From an uncultured Chloroflexia bacterium (GTDB lineage: Bacteria > Chloroflexota > Anaerolineae > Anaerolineales > Anaerolineaceae), in the NCBI GenBank assembly GCA_963767675.1, contig CAVYEQ010000006.1, forward strand, positions 19,526 through 83,525: a DNA stretch of 64,000 bases. Reading direction: 5' to 3'. A program made the translations under genes and the position numbers. The notes beneath the pieces are model-generated. The model searched no databases and had not been told where the DNA came from. It saw only the letters and a list, made by a program, of their open reading frames with translations. Below, piece by piece: positions 10,951-20,194 of this stretch (position 1 is its first letter; every line of letters starts with the position of its first letter).

Positions 10951-11153
10951 GTAGCGGCACGGCATGCCGTGCCAAATGGTGTTGAATCTTATGATGGAAC
11001 AGGAGTCCTCAGTGCGTAGCCTCCTGTAAGGACTGTGAAATGTCCTGGAAGGAGTGCAAAAACTCCTGTAAGGGCCGGTGTGCCTTCTGGAATATCTTAT
11101 GTTTTACTTGGAGACCTGCGGTCAGAAACACCCCCCATGGTCAGGAGACCATG
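10951..11153. repeat. REP cluster: GTAGCGGCACGGCATGCCGTGCC, three tandem 21-nt units, GGAGACCTGCGGTC and CATGGTCAGGAGACCATG
   Basis: Palindrome at 10951-10973; 21-mers at 11012, 11033, 11054; palindrome at 11136-11153; all recur elsewhere in the window. Confidence 0.85.
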
Positions 11154-11243
11154 AGGGATCGGTTTAGTGTGATGGTACTAAAACTTTGAGAGAGGTCGCT
11201 TTAGGTTATGCATGCTTGACACGTGGGTAAGAAATGCAAATCA

Positions 11244-11276
11244 AAATCCCCGGAATTTTCGAAATTCCGGGGATTT
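11244..11276. terminator. 15-bp-stem hairpin, probable terminator of the minus-strand operon
   Basis: AAATCCCCGGAATTT-TCG-AAATTCCGGGGATTT. Confidence 0.65.
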
Positions 11277-11297
11277 GAGTTTGAAGGTTCAAGCTGA

Positions 11298-11967
11298 TTA
11301 CTTTGAGGTTTTCTTCCGTTTCCGGTCTACACAATAAAGAAACACCGCGGTTAATCCAAGCACCGCTCCGATCAACACTGACCAAGCCCAGCGGGGAATC
11401 TGGAAAAGGGGGTCAGGAAGAAAGACAGGGGGCACTTTTGCCGTTTCCCAATCCACATGATATGCCCGGGCACCGGAGAGATCCGCATCTGTGAAGTCAG
11501 CACCTGTCACGTCTGGAGGAAGCAAACCGGGTATCACTCAAATTTGATTTCGTGAAATCGGCATTTTCCAGGTTTGCGCCAACAAAGGCTGAATCGCGGA
11601 GGGATGCGCCTTCAAAGCTGGCATTTTCCCCATCCACACGAAAAAACAGGGTGTCAGATAAGTCTGTCCCTTTGCAGCTTGCCTTGACGAAGTCTCCACC
11701 GATGAAGAGGGTGTTGTTAACTGCTGCACCATGCAGGGTAGCCCTGTACAGGTTGGGGTTTACAAGCAGGGAATGAGAAAGATCTGCTCCTGTCAGGTCT
11801 GTTTTTCGCAGGACCGCGCCAACGGCATTTATGTTATCCAGTTCCATCCCCTTCAGGTCAGCACCGGATAAGTCCTGTTTTGTGCGGATTGCCTGCCTTG
11901 CTTCTTCAGTATTTTTGGGTTGAACGACCTCTGATGCTTTCTTTTCGATTTTTATTTCCTGTGTCAT
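11298..11967 (-). CDS. Pentapeptide repeat protein with C-terminal TM helix; frameshift near 11520
   Basis: DLSGADL, DLTGADLS, ANLENADF, GADFTDADLSGA repeats across two ORFs. Confidence 0.85.
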
Positions 11968-11996
11968 TGCACCTCTGAAATAATTGTATCGAATCT

Positions 11997-12662
11997 TTAG
12001 GCTTCATTCAACCTTTTTGATTTGCCCAGACCGCTGATGACCTGGCGGATCTTTGGCTGGCCGTAATAGTTGACCTGTCCGAGACCTGAGATGGTGATAT
12101 CAAGGCTTTCAGCGACGCGTACATTTGCATTCCCCTGGCCAGAGATGACAACTCTCATTGATTGGCTGGCGAGATCAGGCGCTTGGAATTCCCCAGAACC
12201 GGAGATCCGCAGTTCTCCCATGTCTGCCCGTCCCTGTGCTGAAAATTCTCCTCTGCCGCTGATATTCACCTTCAAGCTGTTGACATCCATGTGACCAAAT
12301 TCCAGATTGCCCAGGCCTGACACATTGAGTTTGAGGTCGTCCGTTTCCAGCCTGTCACACTCAAGGTGGCACTGACCGCTGATACTGACCGCCTTCAGGT
12401 CCACAAAGGTAAGGGTGTAGATGACCTTGTGATCCTTACTGGAAAACACGGAAGAAAATACTTTTCCAATCCTGCGGAACCAATCGCGGTCGATCCCCAG
12501 GATCAGTTTGCTTCCTTGTACTTCCGTAATCAGTTCTGGCAGGAGTTCTTCGTCCGCTTCAACTGTGAGAGATTCATGATCGCCCTGGGTGAGGATCAGC
12601 CGGCCGAAATCTTTGAATTGGATTTGATCGAAACTTTCAATTGAGCGAATTTCTTTTTTCAT
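11997..12662 (-). CDS. GIN-domain (DUF2807) putative adhesin-head protein
   Basis: Repeated ISGxG beta motifs; YYGQP. Confidence 0.85.
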   Translation of the reverse strand: MKKEIRSIESFDQIQFKDFGRLILTQGDHESLTVEADEELLPELITEVQGSKLILGIDRDWFRRIGKVFSSVFSSKDHKVIYTLTFVDLKAVSISGQCHLECDRLETDDLKLNVSGLGNLEFGHMDVNSLKVNISGRGEFSAQGRADMGELRISGSGEFQAPDLASQSMRVVISGQGNANVRVAESLDITISGLGQVNYYGQPKIRQVISGLGKSKRLNEA

Positions 12663-12829
12663 CTTTTTTCCTTTCGTTGCTTATAGTTATGAATAATTTA
12701 AGCATATTATAGCATAATATTAAGAATACTCAAATTAACATTCGAAAATATAAGCAGAAAACGAAGAATATTAATGAAAAATTATGATATACTTAAGAAA
12801 AATGTATACAGGTTGTCAGATCGAAGATC

Positions 12830-13258
12830 TTAATTTGATTTGACGGTGCCAGTATGGTCTGCTTCCGGGTGGAAAACGATCCCCTTCCATGTGGATTTTG
12901 CCCAACCAAGGTCAGTGGGATCATCCAGATAGAAGGCAATCTGCAGACAGGAGGTGTCGCTGACTGTGAAGGTTGTCAGGGAGATACGTTTTTTAGCACA
13001 TTCAACCTCCTGGAGTTGCGTGTATCCCAGGCCAGCGATCTCACCTTCGGTGGACACAAAAGTCTCCAGGATGTTCTCGGGTTTCTTTTCCTGAATCTGA
13101 TAAAGCAGCTCTAATTTTGATGAATTCTCGGGAAGCCGAAAGGCTACTGCAATCACAGTGATGCCGGTCTTCCAGAAGACCAGTTTTTCATCTTCAACCC
13201 GGTGTTCAAATTCATCCGGTATGTTGATGAGCCATTCTTTAGTGATACGAAACGCCAT
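12830..13258 (-). CDS. Hypothetical protein
   Basis: 142-aa ORF with AAAGGG RBS. Confidence 0.7.
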   Translation of the reverse strand: MAFRITKEWLINIPDEFEHRVEDEKLVFWKTGITVIAVAFRLPENSSKLELLYQIQEKKPENILETFVSTEGEIAGLGYTQLQEVECAKKRISLTTFTVSDTSCLQIAFYLDDPTDLGWAKSTWKGIVFHPEADHTGTVKSN

Positions 13259-13375
13259 GGAACCCTTTCTGGTTCTTGCTTGAAAATATAAGCTCAGAAT
13301 ATAATCAAAGTAAGACCATTATACCAATGACGAGCGTTTGTCAAGTCATTTTATTTCAGCGAGAGGTAGTGCGAA

Positions 13376-13756
13376 GTGAAAGATAAGGCAGGTCCGATCG
13401 AAACTTTTAAGTGGGCCAGGTTCCAAATCGACGGGGAAATCCATTCCGGTGATGGAGAAGGGGTCGGAAAGGACGTCTTCGTATATGATGGAAGCGTATC
13501 CCCCTGGGCAGACCGTAAAGGTCACCGACTCAAACCGCATATGGTGGCTTGTGTCTTTGAGAAGGACATCGACATCCTCGTGATTGGGATCGGTGTGCAA
13601 GGTGCGATAGAGGTGTTGGAAAAGACAATAAAACACATTCGATCAGCCGGAATTACAGAGTTGATCGTACAAAGAACACCTGAAGCCTGTGCGACTTATA
13701 ACCGCTTATTTAATGAAGGAAAACGGGTCGCTCTGCTGGCACACGGGACATGTTGA
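13376..13756 (+). CDS. Mth938-like (DUF498) protein
   Basis: DILVIGIG, TPEACATYN, ALLAHGTC. Confidence 0.85.
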   Translation: MKDKAGPIETFKWARFQIDGEIHSGDGEGVGKDVFVYDGSVSPWADRKGHRLKPHMVACVFEKDIDILVIGIGVQGAIEVLEKTIKHIRSAGITELIVQRTPEACATYNRLFNEGKRVALLAHGTC

Positions 13757-13875
13757 TTTTTTGATCGAGAGGTTAGTGATAGAACTGTTTAAAGGATGTA
13801 GACAATTTGCCGGAGGATTTCAACTAAGCCGGTGATTGGGTATGATTTATGACATTACAAAATGATAAGGAGTGA

Positions 13876-15682
13876 ATGATGGCAACAACCCCCCCACATT
13901 GGGACCTGACGAATGTATATTCCGACCTGGATTCACCGGAATTAACAAAAGACATTGAATGGGTGAAAGAAACCACTGAATCTGTACGGCAGAATTACCA
14001 GGAAAAATGGTCAAAAGTGACCGTGGAAAGTCCGCATCAGTTAATTAACGAAGCTATCAGTATGATGCTGGATCAAACTAATGAATTGTTGATAAAAGTG
14101 ACAACCATTAGGGCTTACCTGCATTCTTTCATCTCAACGGATTCGTTCAACGAAAAAGCACTGAAACTGGGATCACAGTTTGATATGGTGGTTGTGGAAG
14201 TTCAAAAAATCATCGTGGTCTTGGAAGCCTGGGTTGGAAAATTCAAGGAACAGCTTCCCGAAGTACTGGCTTTGGGCAACAGCGCTGGCGAGCATGCTTT
14301 CCCCGTCCAGGAGATCGCTGAACAAAGCCAATACCTGATGAGCGAAAAAGAAGAAATCTTACAAAACGAGCTGAGCCTTTCCAGCGCAAGGGCATGGACA
14401 AAGCTTCAGGGAACGGTCACATCACAGAAGACCGTTGACTTTGAGTTGGATGGCGAGATGAAAACGCTGCCCATGCCGGCATTGATCAACCTGCACTCAC
14501 ATCCGGATGAATCAGTGAGGAAACGGGCATATGAAACGGAGATGGCAGCCTGGGAAATCTGTCAAGGAGCCTCTGGCAGCCTGCATGAACGGGATCAAGG
14601 GATGGGCGAACACCATCAACACGCATCGGGGACGAAAAGATGCCCTGCATGCCCCAATAGACCAGGCTCGGATCGATCGCGCAACGCTGGAGGTGATGAT
14701 GGAAGCGATGAAGGACTCCTTCCCCACTTTCAGGCGGTATTTCAAAGCGAAAGCAGCCCGGTTTGGGCAGGAAGCACTTCCCTGGTGGAACGTGTTTGCA
14801 CCGGTTGGAAAGGTCGAGAAAACATATTCGTACAGCGAAGCAAAGGACTTCATCCTTGAGCATTTCAATGGTTTCTCTCAGGAATTGGGAAGTTTCGCAG
14901 AAACAGCATTTGATAATCATTGGATTGATGCGGAGCAGCGCTCAGGGAAACGAGGCGGAGCATTTTGCATGGGTGTCCCAGCGGTCAAGGAATCACGCAT
15001 CCTATGCAATTTTGACGGCACTTTGGACCAGGTGATGACCATCGCCCATGAACTCGGGCACGGCTATCATAATTTCAATATGTATCAGGCCAATAAGACC
15101 CCTCTGCAGAGCCAGACACCTATGACAATGGCAGAAACAGCCTCGATCATGTGCGAAACGATCGCTTTTAATGCGGTTATGAAGACGATCACAGACCCGC
15201 AGGAAGAGCTGGCCCTGCTGGAAACAGCCCTGATCGGTGATGCGCAGGTCATCGTGGATATTTATTCCCGGTTCCTGTTCGAAAAGGAAGTCTTCGAGCG
15301 GCGTGAAAAATCTGAGCTGAGTGCTGATGAGCTGAGCGCAATCATGGAAGATGCCCAGTCGCAAACCTATGGCGAAGGACTGGATGCGAATTTCCGGCAT
15401 AAATATATGTGGACCTGGAAGCCGCATTACTATTCAGCAGGTCTTTCATTCTACAACTTCCCTTATTCCTTCGGGATGTTGTTCGGTATTGGCCTGTATG
15501 CCATTTACCAGCAACGTGGTGAGGCTTTCGTTCCCGATTATAAGAAACTGCTCTCCAGCACTGGTGAAGCGCCGGCAGCAGAACTGGCTGCAAGGTTTGG
15601 CATTGATATCCGGTCGAAGCAGTTCTGGGCGGACAGCCTGGCTGTGGTTGGCAAGCGGGTGGATCGTTATTGCGAGCTGTAA
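13876..15682 (+). CDS. pepF: M3B oligoendopeptidase F; frameshift near 14558
   Basis: WDLTNVY, GKRGGAFC, HELGH, AETAS, HYY...FYNFPYSFG. Confidence 0.92.
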
Positions 15683-15731
15683 AGTATTGAAAGGTTTGTG
15701 AAGGCAACGCGCCTTCGAAAGTAAAGATAAA

Positions 15732-15758
15732 AGGCTGCCTAAAAGGCAGCCTCTTTTT
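15732..15758 (+). terminator. Rho-independent terminator
   Basis: AGGCTGCCT-AAA-AGGCAGCCT followed by T-tract. Confidence 0.8.
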
Positions 15759-15764
15759 CCTCAT

Positions 15765-15858
15765 CATCCCTCACGTCGTACCTCCTCAGGGCAGCCATCT
15801 TACAGCCTTCCCCCGGGGGAAGGTTGTATGCCGAAGGCGTGACGGATGAGGGATTCCC
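15765..15858. repeat. CCTTCCCCCGGGGGAAGG...GACGGATGAGGG-type palindromic repeat
   Basis: Central palindrome plus GACGGATGAGGG tail; resembles repeats I recall near DUF559/Vsr-like nuclease genes (not verified). Confidence 0.5.
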
Positions 15859-15889
15859 TTATTTTGTCTCGAAATCCCTATCATTGAAT

Positions 15890-16312
15890 TTATCCAAGCC
15901 AACCTTCGATCTTGTGCTTGATCTCGTCGCGAACAGAGCGGAATAGAGCGATTTTCTCTTCCTCCGGACCCTCGAAAGCAGCCGGGTCTTCAAATGGCCA
16001 ATGCAGTCGATTACCCATGCCGGGGAAAACCGGACAGCGTTCATCAGCATTACCGCAAACCGTGATCAGGTAATCAAAATTGACTTTGCCTACGAATTCA
16101 TCAAGGTGTTTTGAGCGATGTTCGCTCATGTCATAACCCGTCTCTTCCATGACCTTGATGGTGAATGGGTTGACACCATGCGGTTCCAGGCCAGCACTGA
16201 AGACATTGAACTGCTCCCCACCTAATTCCCTGAGCCAGGCTTCAGCAATCTGGCTGCGGCAGGAGTTTCCTGTGCAAAGAAAGAGGACGTTCATTTTTTC
16301 CTGATTTGTCAT
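15890..16312 (-). CDS. arsC: Arsenate reductase (thioredoxin-dependent, LMW-PTP fold)
   Basis: FLCTGNSCRSQIAE, ITVCGNADERCP, HWPFEDP. Confidence 0.93.
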   Translation of the reverse strand: MTNQEKMNVLFLCTGNSCRSQIAEAWLRELGGEQFNVFSAGLEPHGVNPFTIKVMEETGYDMSEHRSKHLDEFVGKVNFDYLITVCGNADERCPVFPGMGNRLHWPFEDPAAFEGPEEEKIALFRSVRDEIKHKIEGWLG

Positions 16313-16352
16313 TTGTAATGCTCCAGGTTTGTTTGGTGTAAATTCGATTAAT

Positions 16353-16377
16353 ATCAATAATATTCAATATTTATGAT
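16353..16377. promoter_or_regulatory. Putative ArsR/SmtB-type operator
   Basis: Imperfect palindrome ATCAATAATATTCAATATTTATGAT about 40 bp upstream of arsC. Confidence 0.5.
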
Positions 16378-16428
16378 GAATTGTTTTTCAGAGGGTTATT
16401 AAGAGGTTAATGATTGGGGAAGAATGTT

Positions 16429-17124
16429 TCAATCCAGCGTAAGCAGATGGCCATGCTTCTTCAGCCAGTCCCGCTCTCTCCTGTAATCGGGCTTGATCCG
16501 CTCAACCGCATTCCAGAAGGCTTTACTGTGGTTGTGATGCTTGAGGTGGGTCAGTTCGTGCACGACAACATAGTCGATCACTCGCATGGGAGCCATGCAC
16601 AGGCGGTAGGTGAAGTTGAGGTTGTTCTTGCTGGAGCAGCTTCCCCAACGTGTTTTTGCACTGGTGATGCGCACCTTATTGACCTTGAAATGATATTTCT
16701 TCTGGTATTCTCTGATCAGATCATGCGTGATCGCACGGGTTTCTTTACGATACCAGGCGATAAAGGCTTCCTTTGCGTTGTTCTGGGCGGATTTTGAAAG
16801 GAGGAAAGTGCCATCCAATGCCAGGATGGGGCGGGAACGGTCCGTGATCCTTAATGGGTACTGCTCACCAAGGTACCAGAAGGTTTCCCCAGGCTTGAAG
16901 GATTTAGGCTTTCGCTGCGATTTGATGTTAGCTGCACGTGCGCGGGATTTTTCGATCCAGGAGGCTTTGCTTCTGACGAGTTTGAGAATTTGTGACTGGG
17001 TGGCGTATTTTGGTGCACGCACGATCAATTGGCCATCTGGCTTGATTTCAAGGCTGAACGTCTTTCGGTTGGAGCGGATGATTTGGGATATATTGGGGAG
17101 AGTTTCGTGGGCAGAAGGTGTCAT
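16429..17124 (-). CDS. YgjP/DUF45 (SprT-like) zinc metalloprotein
   Basis: RSNRKT, RWGSCS, YVVVHELTH...NHS..FW; TATAAT 7 nt before ATG (leaderless). Confidence 0.9.
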   Translation of the reverse strand: MTPSAHETLPNISQIIRSNRKTFSLEIKPDGQLIVRAPKYATQSQILKLVRSKASWIEKSRARAANIKSQRKPKSFKPGETFWYLGEQYPLRITDRSRPILALDGTFLLSKSAQNNAKEAFIAWYRKETRAITHDLIREYQKKYHFKVNKVRITSAKTRWGSCSSKNNLNFTYRLCMAPMRVIDYVVVHELTHLKHHNHSKAFWNAVERIKPDYRRERDWLKKHGHLLTLD

Positions 17125-17150
17125 GCGAGAAATTATACTTGGGAAGAACG

Positions 17151-17178
17151 GTGAATAGTGAATTGTGAATGGTGAGTA
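17151..17178. repeat. Heptamer tandem repeat (GTGAATN)x4
   Basis: GTGAATA GTGAATT GTGAATG GTGAGTA. Confidence 0.7.
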
Positions 17179-17307
17179 GTAATGCCAAGTTCTCATGAAC
17201 TTGGCATTCCACCTTCGGGGACGATGACGACTGATCCCCAAAAGGGGACTTTGCGACATGCTCGAAGAGCACTCTTTGAGTGATCCCGCTTCAGCTTGTC
17301 AGGTACC
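17176..17307 (+). repeat. GTAG-tagged hairpin plus left arm of a ~78-bp inverted repeat
   Basis: GTAGT-AATGCCAAGTTC-TCAT-GAACTTGGCATT; 17231-17307 is about 90% identical to the reverse complement of 18631-18708. Confidence 0.85.
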
Positions 17308-17482
17308 AGGAATCAGGAGTAACGCATCTGGAAATGACTCAAAGTGATCCTGAAAGTGACTCGACTTCATGTATAATCATAGCCATGCAGAATTGAAGAA
17401 GCAGGGAAGGTTAGAGATATCAATGTGGCGGGAGGCTGATATCAAGCGCACCTTGATGTCCGGTTAAACAGGTGGGTATGCT

Positions 17483-17833
17483 ATGTTGACCATGAGTCAG
17501 CTCTGGCCAAGGATCTGCTCCCTGGGTGGACGTGAATTGAAGACGCTTGTACGGGGGAAGTCATTTGAGGTGATGGATGTTCAGGGCGACCGTGTGGTGC
17601 TGTCTCCTGTGGTGAATGGCAAACAACGTACCATCGCACGCCAGACGCTTGAAGAAGCATTTTCTGCATTATTGGATCGACGTGAATTGACCGGTCAGCA
17701 AATTGCCTGGGAGTTCTCATCTTTCAATGCAGTCTATGTGGCAGCTCTGCTGGCTGCACTGCCTGATGTAGCAGTCTGCACCCGCCCGATCAGGCTGATC
17801 TTTATGGGGCACCAGCTATTTTATTTGGAGTGA
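17483..17833 (+). CDS. Hypothetical protein
   Basis: 116-aa ORF, plausible globular sequence, upstream TATAAT at ~17372. Confidence 0.65.
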   Translation: MLTMSQLWPRICSLGGRELKTLVRGKSFEVMDVQGDRVVLSPVVNGKQRTIARQTLEEAFSALLDRRELTGQQIAWEFSSFNAVYVAALLAALPDVAVCTRPIRLIFMGHQLFYLE

Positions 17834-17944
17834 TTAAAAATACATCAAAGACGCATAACGAATAAATCCAGGGATCATTCAGTTTGATTTGCACCTATTT
17901 TTAAGGTTTTCCCCTTGACAAAAACAGGATTCTAATCGTAATAT

Positions 17945-17960
17945 TAGAACATACGTTCTA
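17945..17960. promoter_or_regulatory. LexA (SOS) box GAAC-N4-GTTC
   Basis: TAGAACATACGTTCTA between TTGACA (17915) and TATAAT (17963), upstream of the LuxR-HTH gene. Confidence 0.75.
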
Positions 17961-18017
17961 TATATAATGCTGGATGTTCTATCATAGTTATGAAATGACA
18001 CTCGGGAGGGTTTAGAT

Positions 18018-18434
18018 ATGACACGGGTATTGATCTTTAAGGATATGGAGTCCTTTGGTGTGATGGATGTGAATGCTCCCCCTGCCCGGATTATCCGGGC
18101 GGTTAATCACGGACGCTGGGAGGAATTCCTGCCTGGCGTGCCGGGACCGCTATATGCCCGTCAGCAAGGGGATGTGGTGGTTGTGACGCACAGTCCGCCA
18201 GTGCCAGAAGATGAGCTGCCGAAGCTCAGCCGCAGAGAACATCAGATATTGGTGCTGCTGGGTGATGGATTGACCACGGCTCAGATTGCGCTTCGGTTGG
18301 GGCTGCGTCCACGCACCATCCGGGGTTATGTGGCCAACATGAAAGCCAGGCTGGAAGCTCACAACATTCAACAGCTTGTCGCCCGTGCGGTTGCGATAGG
18401 CTTGTTCAGACCGGAGGTGGGAGGGAAGAGGTAA
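18018..18434 (+). CDS. LuxR-type C-terminal HTH regulator without receiver domain
   Basis: LSRREHQILVLLGDGLTTAQIALRLGLRPRTIRGY; RBS GGGAGG. Confidence 0.88.
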   Translation: MTRVLIFKDMESFGVMDVNAPPARIIRAVNHGRWEEFLPGVPGPLYARQQGDVVVVTHSPPVPEDELPKLSRREHQILVLLGDGLTTAQIALRLGLRPRTIRGYVANMKARLEAHNIQQLVARAVAIGLFRPEVGGKR

Positions 18435-18563
18435 TAGCTTATAGCTCATAGCTCAAAGCTGATCCCGTTCCGTTTCGCTCCAAGGGCTTTGTAGCTTATA
18501 ACTGAAAGTTGTAAGCTGAAAGGTGGTAGCTTGTAGTTTGAAGCTGGTTGCTCATAGCTGATA
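18435..18563. repeat. Degenerate heptamer repeats (WAGCTNA)n
   Basis: TAGCTTA TAGCTCA TAGCTCA AAGCTGA, with further units at 18492-18563. Confidence 0.7.
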
Positions 18564-18630
18564 GGAAAGGCAAGCCAGTGATTTGTGAATGGAGAAATGA
18601 TTGTATTTGGAGATCAGATAAACAGCGCCA

Positions 18631-18741
18631 GGTACCTAACAAGCTGACGCGGGATCACTCAAAGAGTGCTCTTCGAGCAACCCGCAAAGTCCCCTTCTCG
18701 GGGATCAGCGAAGTGCCGAGGGCAAGAGTCCTCAGCGCTAC
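18631..18741 (-). repeat. Right arm of the ~78-bp inverted repeat plus a minus-strand GTAG hairpin
   Basis: Reverse complement of 17231-17307; CTAC at 18738-18741. Confidence 0.85.
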
Positions 18742-18824
18742 AATTCCCCACTCCCTACCTTTAAACCAGAAGAGGCCATCCTTTATGGGATAGCCTCTTG
18801 ATTTGTTCTTGCGTAATTGATAAA

Positions 18825-19016
18825 TTACTCTTCGATAATAATCGCTTCTTCGGGGCATTCTTCAGCAGACTGTCGGACTGCTTCTTGATACTCCTCGGGA
18901 ACGGTCTCCAGTAAGACCTCCGCAAAGGGCTCATTGGCCAGGCTGAATACCTCAGGGGCCAAACCTTCACAAATGCCGCAACCTAAGCACAGATCTTCAT
19001 CAACAATAACCTTCAT
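18825..19016 (-). CDS. Monocluster ferredoxin
   Basis: CLGCGIC...APEVF...CPEEAI; RBS AAGGAGG. Confidence 0.92.
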   Translation of the reverse strand: MKVIVDEDLCLGCGICEGLAPEVFSLANEPFAEVLLETVPEEYQEAVRQSAEECPEEAIIIEE

Positions 19017-19289
19017 CAGACATCCTCCTTAAAAAGATAGAACATTTATTAATGTGTGGGTGATTATACACCATGTTGGTATAAATTGTCACATTTAGTG
19101 ATTCACCCATCACTTTTGACATTTTACCACAAGCAAAACGATCATGTGGCAGATTTTTGGTTGTTCTGAAAAATATTAATAAATTTCTATCATTTCAAGA
19201 AAAGATCGTTTTTCAGAACCTGATTACGTTCTTGTGGGTTGTGAAACCTAATTTATAATTAGGTCAATATTCACAAGCCAGGTGAGATT

Positions 19290-20186
19290 ATGACATCAAA
19301 AGATCAACAAACAGAACTTCAACCCATTTATCATATCCTTCGCCGCTCAGATTGGGGGAGGGCACAGGCAGCAGGTGTCTATGAACCGGAGAGCCTTGGA
19401 TCCGAAGGGTTCATCCATTGTTCAACGATAGAGCAGGTCATTCGGGTTGCCAACCAGTTTTATCATGGTCAAAAAGGACTCCTGCTCCTTAGAATTGACC
19501 AGGAACAACTGACTTTCGATGTGCTCTACGAAGACACAATGGATGTTGGTGAGAACTTCCCGCATATTTATGGCCCACTAGACCTTGCGGCGGTTACTGC
19601 ATTATGTGCGCTGGAACCTGACCATGATGGCAGCTTTGCGATGCCAGAGGATGTGGAATGGATCTGGTTGGACTCTGGTGATTTGTTATTGGATGCGGAT
19701 ATGTCCGTGCTGCCCTATGGGCTACCAGGAAAGGTTTACCGGAGTGTTATGCCTTTCAGTTCAATGTTTGATCCTGCCGGCCTTGTGCTGGATGCCTATC
19801 ATGCAGCCGGAATTGACCTGATCGTGATGCTCACGCAGCCAACTGACATTCAGCGGTATGCAGGAATGGATTTGTATGAACACTACCTCTTACTTGGGTT
19901 TGATGTGATCAGCACGCCTGTCCGAGATTTTTCGGTACCAGAAAGGGGGGTCTTGGATGAGCCGGTCAGGCAGACACGCCAGGCGGCAAATGAAGGGCGG
20001 ACGATCGTGATCCACTGCCATGCCGGACTCGGACGCACAGGCATGTTCGCAGCCTGCCTTGCAAAGGTGGTGTTTGGAATGGATGGACGTGAGGCAAGGG
20101 CGTGGGTACGGCAGCATGTCCCGCACGCGGTTGAAACCGGGGAGCAGTTCAGGTTTGTTCAGTCTTTCGGGATATCAGAAGATTGA
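19290..20186 (+). CDS. DUF952 domain fused to a Cys-dependent (PTP/DSP) phosphatase
   Basis: IYHI...GFIHCST...FPHIYGPL followed by PVRDFSVP and HCHAGLGRTG. Confidence 0.88.
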   Translation: MTSKDQQTELQPIYHILRRSDWGRAQAAGVYEPESLGSEGFIHCSTIEQVIRVANQFYHGQKGLLLLRIDQEQLTFDVLYEDTMDVGENFPHIYGPLDLAAVTALCALEPDHDGSFAMPEDVEWIWLDSGDLLLDADMSVLPYGLPGKVYRSVMPFSSMFDPAGLVLDAYHAAGIDLIVMLTQPTDIQRYAGMDLYEHYLLLGFDVISTPVRDFSVPERGVLDEPVRQTRQAANEGRTIVIHCHAGLGRTGMFAACLAKVVFGMDGREARAWVRQHVPHAVETGEQFRFVQSFGISED

Positions 20187-20194
20187 TTGTACTC

